Origin: Harriotta raleighana
Taxonomy: Eukaryota
DNA length: 64,000 nt
NCBI GenBank assembly: GCA_050575255.1
Contig: JBNZDD010013633.1
Location: forward strand, 833,058-897,057
Reading direction: 5' to 3'
Shown: one piece after another, positions 51,939 through 63,496 of the stretch
Numbering within the stretch: position 1 is the first letter of the stretch
Layout of the letters: every line of letters starts with the position of its first letter
Position numbers and translations under genes: made by a program
The notes under the pieces: generated by a model
Seen by the model: the letters and a program-made list of their open reading frames with translations, nothing else
What the model was told of the DNA's origin: nothing
Database searches by the model: none

Positions 51939-52074
51939 AATAGCTAATGCTCGGGTATCTTTCCACAATAGGAGAGATGGAATATAACTTTTCAGGTGCT
52001 GAGCTCGATCTTCTGAAACAAAGCTCCCACATCGAGTATCTCAATTAATCCGAAATTGAGATAGCTAGAATTAT

Positions 52075-52340
52075 GGAGTCCTGTAGCTTAGTGGTTAGAG
52101 CACTAAAAATTCTATGAGATTCTGGATAAAAATAGAATGCTGAACACTAGCATTCAAGCCAGAGGACCTGGGTTTGATTCCCAGCAGGACAAAACTTTAC
52201 GTAAGCTTCCTTATTTCATACGCTTCTGTTTACCTAGCAGTAAGTAGGAACCCAGTTGTTAATCGATTGGCAGATCGCTTTTTTGGGAGTAATATTCCTT
52301 TCCAGAAAAATTATTTTGTCATTCAATCCAATTGACAGAT
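52075..52340 (+). mobile_element. SINE 5' part, long variant, with a 44-bp insert in the tRNA head
   Basis: GGAGTCCTGTAGCTTAGTGGTTAGAGCACTA [insert] GCATTCAAGCCAGAGGACCTGGGTTTGATTCCC; ctgtttacctagcagtaagtaggaaccc segment; no tail. Confidence 0.85.
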
Positions 52341-53328
52341 GTTTAGATACCTTAAGGAACTTATGAATTACAGGGTTCATCAGCAATGTGGAAGCTCTCA
52401 CTGCTTTTAACTCACTGGTTGCAGAGGAATTCTGGGGGTTACATTTTCTTTCTCGTTGCCCCAGAGGATTTGGCATATAAACCCAGTCCCTTACACTATT
52501 CTAATATGAGTCTGAGCTCTGATCCATCTGTCCTTCAGGCTTTGCAGTGGAACATTATTGCTTCCAGGTTATGGACACCAGAATAAACTTGAGGCTTTAG
52601 TTATCAAGGCATTTTGTTTGATCGAGCGTGACGATAAGTCTGGCTTCTCAAATTAAAGTAGCTCAGATATGATGCAAGTGGTCAGCATTCTATTTTTATC
52701 CAAAACCTCATAGGATTTCAGGAAATAATGGTTTACATATGAGTGTTGAAAATGTTGCCTCCTGTGTGGGATTTTGGAGATGGCTTTGGGAAATTCTCAA
52801 ATTCTTCTTCCTTATCCCATTGAAACAAAGCACTGAGTTCTTATCTTCAGCAGTGTATTTTCTCATTGATGGTTATGTGGGTGGCATTGGCTCTCTGTTT
52901 AAAGTGGGGAAGCCATGTAACCATTGACAATCATTAACACACTTTGCATTTGGAAAGCAGCTAACAGAATGATCTGCACACTTGTACAAGCATCACTGCC
53001 TTGACCTTGCTGTTTTTGGTAAGAAAATTATGCAGCTTGGTAGGACACTCCTTACTTCAGCCCTTAGCACATTATGCATTCCTCCCCCCCTTTGTAGGAG
53101 GCACTAGTGTGGTGTTGATTATCTGTGGAATATATAACTACATAAATGAGATAAGCTTTGTCTTAAGGAGTGGTGGAATAATTATATCCTTCATAAGATT
53201 TCTGCTTACTCCACACTGAACTTATGAATCATTAGTCTCCCAGAAAGATGCTATATTTGGTGATGGTATTTACCTGATTATTTATGTTTACTCGTACAGT
53301 ATTTGACATTTACCTTGTTACAAAAATC

Positions 53329-54452
53329 CTTGAGTTTACTGTGCATTGTAAATCATTTCAATAAGTTTTCACTTTTGGTGGCATGAGGATGTTAGTCCCT
53401 TTGTTGGATGGTTGCAAATGTCTCCCGACGGCAATTTAAAACGAAGGAACGATGACTGAGAGAGAAAGGGGGAGAGAAGTATAGTTCAGGAAGGGTGAAA
53501 ATCATATGGTTCTGCCCAAATATCAATGAAAGGGACACCTGTCCCTTTGATTCTTTTTACCATCCCTCCCCACCCACTCCACATACACACACTGTATGGG
53601 TGGACATATTGGAAGACTGATTACTGCCAGTGAAGATAAATTTATTTGTCACTGTTCCATTTTGCTGCTAGTTCTTTGACATGGCTCTTTGGGGAAAGCA
53701 AGCACCTGCTTGTGCTTTTTGATGTTTTCACAGCCAGTTCCATGAGACAAGAATATAGAAGAGTATGGGAGACAGAAGGGATTGGGTGGAAACTCATGTG
53801 AAACATAAACAACGTATTTCTTTGCTGTAAATCTATGTTCAGTAATGTAACTAATCCCATCTACACCACTGCCATTTTTGTTTACNCTTGAGTTTACTGT
53901 GCATTGTAAATCATTTCAATAAGTTTTCACTTTTGGCGGCATGAGGATGTTAGTCCCTTTGTTGGATGGTTGCAAATGTCTTCCGACAGCAATTTAAAAT
54001 GAAGGAACGATGACTGAGAGAGAAAGGGGGAGAGAAGTATAGTTCAGGAAGGGTGAAAATCATATGGTTCTGCCCAAATATCAATGAAAGGGACACCTGT
54101 CCCTTTGATTCTTTTTACCATCCCTCCCCACCCACTCCACATACACACACATACACACACTGTATGGGTGGACATATTGGAAGACTGATTACTGCCAGTG
54201 AAGATAAATTTCTTTGTCACTGTTCCATTTTGCTGCTAGTTCTTTGACATGGCTCTTTGGGGAAAGCAAGCACCTGCTTGTGCTTTTTGATGTTTTCACA
54301 GCCAGTTCCATGAGACAAGAATATAGAAGAGTATGGGAGACAGAAAGGATTGGGTGGAAACTCATGTGAAACATAAACAACCTATTTCTTTGCTGTAAAT
54401 CTATGTTCAGTAATGTAACTAATCCCATCTACACCACTGCCATTTTTGTTTA
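53329..54452. repeat. About 560-bp tandem duplication across n 53886, probable two-haplotype assembly artefact
   Basis: 53329-53884 vs 53887-54452 differ by about 7 substitutions and a 10-bp indel in an ACATACACAC repeat. Confidence 0.88.
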
Positions 54453-54584
54453 AGGTTAGAGCAAGTGGATTAAATACTAGGCAGATTGGGAACATGAGGC
54501 AGATTAGAAAAACAGAGGTTTTGAATGAGAGAAATAAAGAAAGCAAAATGAATGCTGCCTATTGCTGTGACTATGCTACAGGTA

Positions 54585-55197
54585 GGAGAGGGGGAGAGTT
54601 TAGATAGTGTTAGTATTCAAAGTGAGTTGAGTGTCCTTGTACACCAGTCTCAAAAAGTTAGTTTGCAGGTGCAGCAAGCAACTAAGAAGGCAAACGGGGT
54701 GCAGCATAGATTCACTAGGTTAGTTCCTGGGATGAGAGGACTGACCTATGAGGATAGGTTGAATAAACTAGGGCTTTCACTCTAGAATACAGAAGAAATA
54801 GGGGGGATCTTATTGAAACATGTAAGATTCTTAAAGGGCTGGATAAAGTAGACACTGAGGGACTGTTTCTCCTGGTAGGAGAATCTATAACTAGGGGTCA
54901 CAGTCTTAAAATTAAGGGTCAGCCTTTTAAAACAGAGTTGAGGAAACATTTCTTCACTCAGAAGGTAGTCAGTTTATGGAATTCACTACCCCAGAATGCT
55001 GTAGATGCTCAGTTCTTGAACATTTTCAAGGCTGAGACAGATAGATTTTTTTTAAAAAATAGAGGGATTAGGGGATATGGGGATAGGGCAGGTAATTAGA
55101 GTTAGGTGAGAAGATCAGACATGATCTTATTGAATGGTGGGGGAGGCTCGAAGATCTGAATTGCCTACTCCTGCTCCTAATTCTTATATTCTTATGT
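54585..55197 (+). mobile_element. CR1-clade LINE 3' fragment with an internal deletion
   Basis: QVQQATKKANG joined directly to VQHRFTRLVPGMRGLTYEDRLNKLGL; RGDLIETCKILKG, TRGHSLK, FFTQKVVSLWNSLP; tail ctcctgctcctaattcttatattcttatg. Confidence 0.9.
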
Positions 55198-56789
55198 ATG
55201 CACCCAACTTCCAGATCTTTGCCTATGCCTCCTCCATGCTATCTGCTAGAATCCGCATGTGGTGTGTGGATGGTGGGAGAGGGGGAGAAAAGGAGGAGAG
55301 GGGGAGAAAATGGGAGATAGGAAAGAGGGGACAAATAACAATAACTTTAACAATAAGTGTCTTTCACATTGGGAGCTCAAAGAACCTAGTAAAGCAAAGG
55401 GCTAAAGCGTTAAAAAAGAAGGGCGTGAGCTCTTATGGGAGCATACAGGTAGCACAGTCACAGCATGGCAAGACTCACTGGAGGGAGAAATTACTTTTGC
55501 TTTTGCCTTTTTTAAGGTTATGATTATTACAAAAGATTCACTGTCTCCACAATGCAGCAGAGAATTTTGTTTTGTGGGGTGGGGGGATTAGGGAAGGAAG
55601 AATTAGTTGAAGAAATTGCAGTTTTACAAATAACTGAGCTCTAATGGATTCTATATTTATTTTGCTCTATCCATCTCTCATTCAAGATCTCAGTTTTTCT
55701 AGTCTGACTCTTGCTGCTAATCTCCTCACGGTTGATAATTTACAATGAATCTGCAGCCCAAGCACTGATATTCAAATGTTTCATAATGGCTGTTGCTCTG
55801 TCACTAAAATAATTTTGCTTTAAAATTGAAATGATCCTTACTCTTGAACGTAGCAATACACATTGAAAAATAAAGATCAAAGATTACACCATACTTCCCC
55901 CCACACCTCCCCCCACTCCCGCCATCCCACCCCACGCACACATTTTTTTCTATGAACCTGTTTTACCAGAAATTGAGTTTTGCTCTGCAAGACGAAAACT
56001 ATTCAATCAATATAAGATAGAAAAGTTTGTTGAAAATGGCATTTTGTTGAAACTCTTTGTACCCTTATGATGCATTACGTTTCAGCTTGTAACAATAAAC
56101 AATACAATTTTATCATTCTAGGGAGATATTTAACTCTTTAAATGCCTGATGACTTCATTGTGTTCAGGTTTCCCAATACAAATACTCACAGATGGAAGAT
56201 ACATTATTTAAAGTCCTTGATTACAAAATTCTATCCTATGATCTGAGTGTGGTCAGTATTGCATAACCTGGTGCTATGGATTACATATCCCATTTGGGAT
56301 CTTTTTTGCTGTGCGCCTACAACAATGGCAGCAATAAGATGAGAGTTGGTCTTTTGCCTGAGTAGTTCTGTGCTTCACAGCTTACTGCACTCCAGCTGAC
56401 GTTTCTTGTTCATTGGTAAATGTTTGAACCCTAAAGGGAGGCTATGTTTTGTAAAAATTTGTAAACATTTTCAGCAAAAATTTCAGACATACATCTGTTT
56501 AATTTATGAATAGTCTCTGTAGCGCAACACAATGTGCTGCGTTATCTCGCAAATACATTTAACCTAATCATTTAGAAAGACAGACTTAATAGTTCGGTGA
56601 AACTTTATTTCTAACCAATTAAATTGTTTAAGGCATTAGAGTATTGAAATTGTGAACTGCTTAAATTTGAAATTACAGTAAGAAATGGATTGACACTAAG
56701 TGAATATAAGAGAATTCAATAGTATTTTCTAAATGCAAATTGAGTCCATTCATGTGATTCAAAATCTGAGTAACTATCTTGTATTTTAG

Positions 56790-56866
56790 GGTAAGGTTCA
56801 CCTGGAGCTAAGACTAAGTGAAGTCATCACTGACAGCGGGGCCATCTGCCACAAATTGGCGACACG
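56790..56866 (+). CDS. RASA3: RASA3 coding exon (exon 5 equivalent), C2A-C2B linker and start of C2B
   Basis: tcttgtattttag acceptor, CG|gtaaga donor; 77 nt, phase 0 to 2; reads GKVHLELRLSEVITDSGAICHKLAT(R). Confidence 0.96.
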
Positions 56867-58459
56867 GTAAGAGCAATTCTCAGTGATATTTACAATCTGC
56901 TTTGCGTATTTGGTTATAGTTTTAATCATTTTTGTTACAATGTTTCACTGTAATACTTTAGTGGGGCACCAAGCCTCTGGCTTCCCTCTTTGTTGAAGTA
57001 GAAAAAAATGTAACATTTCCCACAAATAAAATGCGCGATTGGTTTTAAACTCTTTGAATTACTTTCTTGATCACTTCTGTCAGAAATGTTAGCTGTAGAT
57101 GTGATGAACTAGTGATGTCAATGTACTATTGTTTGGACTGCAACGCTATTGAAAGCGCTATTTACTCTGTGCCAAAGTTGCAGTTCCTGTTCTTACAGCA
57201 TCGGCACAAATGCACTCAACTGAGTAATCAATGGGATTCCATTATAAACTGCACCTTGCTATAAAGTGCAATTTGGCTGACTCCCAAGAAGCAAGTTATG
57301 CCATAGGTCTACTGTATTAAAATTACTCTGTGTGAAGCATTTGGTCTTTTATGGATTTGTAAACTATTGTCATTGTGCTGGCGATCCATACCACTTACGA
57401 AACTGTTCCTTTTGCCTCTGTAAGGGATGAAATATAGGGCAGAATAAAACGGGTGAAAAGGTATCACTTCCATTCTAACTCATTCTTTCTCAAGATGTTT
57501 ATTTATTTATTTATTTATTGTATTTATTGGGCCTCTTACCTGCCTTAGTCTTCCCTTCTTCCAGCCAAATCTGTTATATTGTAAAGCCTAAATTTGCATA
57601 ATAACTTTTTAATTTATCTTTTCTCCTCTTCTGCTTTTGACTCCCCAGCATTGATGTTGAGTGCTTGCGTTTTGCGCCTGGCTTCTCACAGCGGTTTCTC
57701 AAAATCCTCGGTGCATTTCAGTGACTTCGGAGCAAATACCTCCATTTCACTTGCAATAAAACAAAGAATACAATTTTTCTACACAGTAACTATTTACTGC
57801 CACTTTGTTTTATTTCAAGTGAAGGTGCAACGGAATTGCAATTACTTCCCATGTCGACAAGGACGTTGTTTGAAAATGACTTCACCTGTGGACAAGTGTC
57901 TTGTGTTACTGATTTTCTTTGAAGCTCAGATTCCCCTTTGTTTGTAGTTTCGTCTGAAACTAAGGTGCTCAACAATGATACATAAATATGGTAAAGTATG
58001 AACTCAAAACATGTCAATCAACCTTCATGTATTTTTTCAGGAAATGCTAATAGGTAAGCATTAGGTTACCATTTCAGATCAGTAGGCAAGCATTCTCTTA
58101 TATTTAATAAAGGCCCTTTCTTTCAAACCCACCGTATGTCAGTCAGTTCACTGTCTTGTGTGCAGCACCAAAAATATTACAGAACACTAGTGAGGGACAG
58201 GCTATACATGTTTTAATATATCTTTGACCCTGGCTTGCCCTTCCCACCAGTGAATCTTAAAATACTGGAGAATGAGGGAACTAGAGAGAGAAAATGTCAT
58301 TAAGTGGATTTGCCTGTGCCACCACTGTCAAGCCCTTTGAGACGCCACGCTGCGGGAGGGGTACTATATCAATGCAAGTTATTGTCGTAAATAGTAGGCG
58401 AACAGCCACAGTCCAAACAGCAATGCCCCAAAAACAGCTAAAATAAGAACCAAACTTTG

Positions 58460-58968
58460 CTCCCCGATTATCTCAGTCCTCACCGGACTTCACTGGCTCC
58501 CTAGCATAGAGCAAATTGACTTCAAGATCCCCATTCTTGTATTTAAATCCCTCCACCCCTCTGTAACCCCCCTACCTCAGGTCCCGACCTGATTGTTCAG
58601 TGCTTTGGGACGTCCTCCCGACATGAAAGGCGCTTTATAAGTGCAATTTTGTTGTTGTTGTTGTACCTCTCTCACCTCTTCTCTCCTCCTACTGGATCCG
58701 GCCTCCTCCTTGTCACCTGAATCCTCCACTCCACCGACGGCGGCCGTGCTTTCAGTCACTACCCCTGAAACTCTGGAACGCTCTATCTCAATCTCTCCGC
58801 CTCACCCCTCCTTTTCCATTTTCAGGTCGTGCCGGAAGACCTTTCTGTTCGAACGCGCCTATGGTAACCTACCCTTTCCCACTGGCTCAGCCTTGGGCTC
58901 CTCGATTGTGAAGCGCTCTGAGAAGCCGTCTGGGGTGGTGGGCGCTATATAAATCCAAGTTGTTGAAT
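58460..58968 (+). mobile_element. Second L2 family, 3' fragment, host to a nested insertion
   Basis: LHWLP...IDFKIPILVFKSLH and a 3' end gtgaagcgctctgagaagccgtc...gcgctatataaatccaagttgttg. Confidence 0.8.
58579..58663 (+). mobile_element. 85-bp young L2 3' end with a 6-bp target-site duplication
   Basis: TACCTC at 58573-58578 and 58664-58669 flanks the stem-loop and (GTT)n. Confidence 0.9.
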
Positions 58969-59444
58969 AAACAATTTTGTTTGTGGGATTGCTAGCGAGG
59001 AGCTCAGAGAAACTACCTTCTCTTTTCAAGTAGTGCCATGCAATCTTTGGACGGCAGCTCTGACAAAGCAACACACCCCAACACTTTTACAATTTAAAAA
59101 ACAACTCACATCCGGGTTTAAACTTGTAGAGATCTTTGTTATAAGACCTCACCTGGTACGAGGCCGACATTCCTTTCATGTTTCACAGGAAAAAGGGAAG
59201 CAGAATAAATCTTTCCAGGCACGTCATCAATTAGTTTTTCTCTTTTTAAACCTTCTCAGCCATGGTATTTTGAGAGAGCAAAATTACCCTCAACATCCAT
59301 AAGACTTTTGTTTTGCTGGTAGCTTTGAATTTATACAATAGTATGCAGGTAATCGAGACATATGCGTGCCTCAGTCTAAACTGGATTTCTCACCTCTTTG
59401 TTTTAAATGAGGGAAGGGGTAACTTGTGTTCTGGCACTGTTCAT

Positions 59445-59860
59445 TCAACAGATAAATGGATATCAGATGTCTGAAGATGATAATCTGCAGGTCTGGATTC
59501 TGTTGTGTGGTTGGGGAGGTGAGAGACATTGATGAAAATAGCTATTTGCAGCTTTCGTCTTGCGTTTGATGCTAGGGTGACAAAACAAATCTCCAGCTGA
59601 GTGAGGTGCAAGGAGTGCACCTGCGATTTAAACTGGACTTTCTCCAGGAAATCGCCTGAACATCATGCTGAGTCAAATGATTTCAGGTTTCGGGAGATCT
59701 TGGTTTGAAAATGAGTTCTCTTGATTCTGCGGGACCGACACCAACGGAATTGCCTAGAGGGAGCATGATTTGAACCATGGGTGCTCTTGCCAAAAGCCAT
59801 GCTGTGTTGTTTAGATGCCATATTCACACAATGACTACGAGTGACCTTTCGAGACGAGTT
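59445..59860. promoter_or_regulatory. Candidate intronic haematopoietic enhancer
   Basis: AGATAA 59450; CAGATG-N8-TGATAA 59464-59483; TGTGGTT 59506; E-boxes 59594 and 59618; CAGGAAAT 59645; TGCTGAGTCA 59666; locally retained CpGs; no repeat recognised. Motif evidence only. Confidence 0.4.
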
Positions 59861-60934
59861 GAAATTTTTTTGATTGGTTGGAATCTGATTTTCAGCCTGC
59901 TGGGAAACAGAATAAGCAATAAAGACTTGTATTTAAAGGAGGGGGGGGATAAAAAAGTCAGAACGGGGGGAAAAAATATGAAGGTAATACATTGACAAAT
60001 AGGGGAAGAGGAGAGAATAAAAATGAGCAAGTGTGGGTAATATCATAACTTTGCTTTAATTCATGTCAAATTTTATGTTTAATATACATGCACGACTTTC
60101 TCTCCATCTCTTACTCAATCTGCTCCCATCTGTTTCCCCCATTTCTGAATCTCTGATGTTCTCTGTCAATATATTTATTTTTATAAACCAGCACACTTGT
60201 GTTTGCGTGATTGAAAATTTAACCAATGTGCAGAGTTTGTGCCATGACAATGTACACAAACCAATCAATTATAAATGCCAAACAGCCACTGAAGGATGAC
60301 AAATGTAAATCTTACAATGCCAACAAGCCAATGGAGGTTCTCATTTCTGTTGCTCTTCAGTTTTGTACATTTGCACTCATGTTCTCTGAGTTGAATACAT
60401 CCTAATCTAAAACATCAGGATTTAATTTTTTTTAATTAAATTTTAATTTAAAAATAAATTGATCAATCCTGATTTAAAATATGGCAAACTGGACTTTTGT
60501 TCAAAAGAAAACCTTGCTCTTACTCATTGTTTAAAAAAAAAAAAAAATTCATGTTCCTTATTGTCATTTTGTTTTCCTAACCATTTTCTTCCTATTTCTA
60601 ACTTGAGGCTTTCACTTCCCTTCTTCCAGCTCCCTCCTTCCGTGTGAGAACGTGGGAATAACTAGATTAGTAATTGACAAGAGACATATTATAGATGTGA
60701 CCAAATAAACTTCTGATCCAATTTCCACGTTCAAATCAGGAAGTTAGGCTTTGAGTGATGGCTTTTATTGGCAGTCCCTGAAACCTGCCAATGCCTGGTC
60801 AACTGATTTTATCCATGGCAGTGCATTAAAATCCCTTTGGCATCATGTTTTTCTTTGCAGATCTTTTCTTTGGGAAAATAAACCTTTTTAATTTACAACA
60901 GACACTTAAGAAGTGATATTCTTTTTTTTTTAAA

Positions 60935-61103
60935 TTGTCACTTCATTCCATGACTGTTTATGGGACATTGCTGTGCGCAATTGGTGGAAGTGGTTCACCC
61001 ACAAAATATACAGGCATTACACATTACAGTATATCCTGTGAAGCACTTTGACAAGTCTCAGATGTGATAAAATGCAATATCAAATGCAAGTATTATTTTT
61101 ATT
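60935..61103 (+). mobile_element. SINE 3' half
   Basis: gtcacttcattccatgactgtttatgggacattgctgtgcgcaattgg...aaatgcaagtattatt. Confidence 0.8.
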
Positions 61104-63496
61104 AGTCACAAACTGGGCTTCTTGTGTTAATTGTGACTTCCACTTTCATTGGATTATGATATTTATGTCTAGCAAATTACAAGTTACAAATCGGCAAAAA
61201 ACAGGAGCAAATCATTGGAGGTTTTTGGTGGCCTTTGGTGGTGGGGGTTGAGATGTACCCTCAGTGAATTCAATAATCTTATGCTGAGAAACCAGAAGTC
61301 ATCATCAAACACATCAAATCAATTGGTGAATAGCAATTTTTTTATGCTATTAATGTGTTTATACCTTCTGCAACTAACGTGTTAATCTAATTTAGTAAAA
61401 TGATTTGAGTTTTACAAAAGTTTCTGCACTGTATCTCCAGATAAGAGATGCCTGCTGACTGTCTTAAAGAGGAAGTCCACAATTGCTGCATTGCCTACTT
61501 TAAACATATGCAAGATACCAAACAAGAGCTGACTTGTTCAGAAAAACTGGTCTCGCCATCGCTTTTGTGGGAAGGAAATGTTTATTTGGCTCACGTTTTG
61601 ATGAATAGGCCTGGAACTAAAGATGCTGGAAGTTACACAATCGTTTCCTGATCAGGAATTCATGGTTTAAATCTCAATTTCCAACACTTGTTAATCTTAA
61701 AATAAAGCTCCAATCCACTGTTTGCCAACGATTCATTCCCTGGATCAGTCCACTTTTCTCTGCCAGTGGTCCACATGGATCAGTTAATGTTGCAGTATGT
61801 CAAGTGCTTGGAGCTGCGTGATGCATCGGTTTGGTTGATTCAGGGCACATCCTTGGTTTACAAATAATCTGGACCAAGACTCAATTTATTTAACTTTCCC
61901 CTCTCCCATCCATTCAGTACCTCTTCCTTTCTGTACTACAGAATACAAAAGGCGTTTTATCTCATCTCACAACTACCGGACAAATATGATGTGAGACTTC
62001 AGTCTTGAATATTTATAAAGGGGACTTGAAAAAAGTCACAGTATATAGTACAGAAAAATAACTTTTTATTTTGTGGTATCTTATTTTGTAGTACAGCCAT
62101 TTCTGTTCTGGTAGGTAAGCATAGGAGCCATTCAATGTCCCACAAGACATGAAATGAATGACCAATTGATTTGTAAATCTGTAGGCCAGGAGAGTGGGAG
62201 AAACTTGTTTCTGTTTTCTATTCAAGATGTATGATTAGATTATATTATCTAGCACCATTCACCTGACATGAAAGGTGCTATACAAGTGTAATTTTGTTTT
62301 TGTGTAACAGTTCAGGCAAATAGCACCTTGGTTTCAAGTCTCAGCTGAACCACAGAACCTCCAGCAATGTATCAAGCTCCCTCCTTGCTTCTTTTGAGTA
62401 TCGACTTAGACTACGTGGTCAATTTCTCAGTTGTGGTTTGAACTATAACTGTGACCAGAGATGAGAGTGCTATCAACCGAGGCAAACTAACACCTTAGGC
62501 TAAAGTGCTAACGTTTAGTCAAAGGCTGGAGGTAATTGGTGGTTTGTTGGATGTTCACTCTTGGCATTGGATATAAATCTAATCTACATCTGTTCCAACC
62601 AAGATGATGTATGTTGACTTGCACATTTATCTGAATGGTGTAGGATACTACCATCCCTCAGTGTCAGATCCTTCTGAGTTCCGNCACATTTATCTGAATG
62701 GTGTAGGATACTACCATCCCTCAGTGTCAGATCCTTAATGAGGGAGGCATGTTGCTTACTCATCAAGACAGACTTGCATAGTGTTTGTGGTTTCAAAATG
62801 CTCTGTTAAGTTTGGATTTGATTTAGAGATTTTGTTGTACAGTATTTTAAAAATCATATAATATTATTTATGATTTAAGCTTATTTCACTGATTCAGAAA
62901 AACGCTTTTCGTTTACGTTTGAGCTCCATCCTGCTTGTGTCCTGTTTTCACTCAAACTTGCGCTTTGCTTTTACGGATTCTTTGTTTCTGCAGGGAGTTG
63001 CATAAATGTAAATTGCTATTACTTCATGGTTAAATAGAAGTGATTATTGCATTAGGCCAATCTTGTGGGATAGTTAGTCATCTCTCTCTCTCTCCAACAT
63101 TGGTGTAGCAAAGTGTCACAGTGACTCATGCTGACCAGCAAGGAGAAACAAATCGATTTATATTTTCAAAGGTTGTTTAAATTCCCAATTCACCCTCTTT
63201 AGTTCATGCTCTGCTTCAAAATAGGAGCTGTAATTCTGCCACAAGGGAATGATCACCGAGAGAAGCCATGCCTTGTTTGCTGGATGATCTCACTTCACAC
63301 TGTGAATGAAGCCTCCTTCCGTTGCTTCTAACCTCTGTTGCCAGCAGCCTGATCTGTTTTTTGTACATACAATTCTGAAAGCTTGGCATTTCTTAGAATT
63401 TGGATTTAGGTTTAGGGCAATCTAATAGTTTCTAGGTCTTTTGTGGGATTTTCATTGATTTTCATTTTAATCCCCATTGCTGCCTTTGTGTGTGTA

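Noticed and set aside
51039-51968. 309-aa intact ORF as a domesticated RT gene
   Set aside because: It starts at the truncation point, lacks the N-terminal RT motifs and endonuclease, and has a TSD and tail; intactness is explained by recent insertion
53329-54452. Recent tandem duplication with paired 72/79-aa ORFs
   Set aside because: Centred on a single n like the other such cases in the window; best explained as unmerged haplotypes
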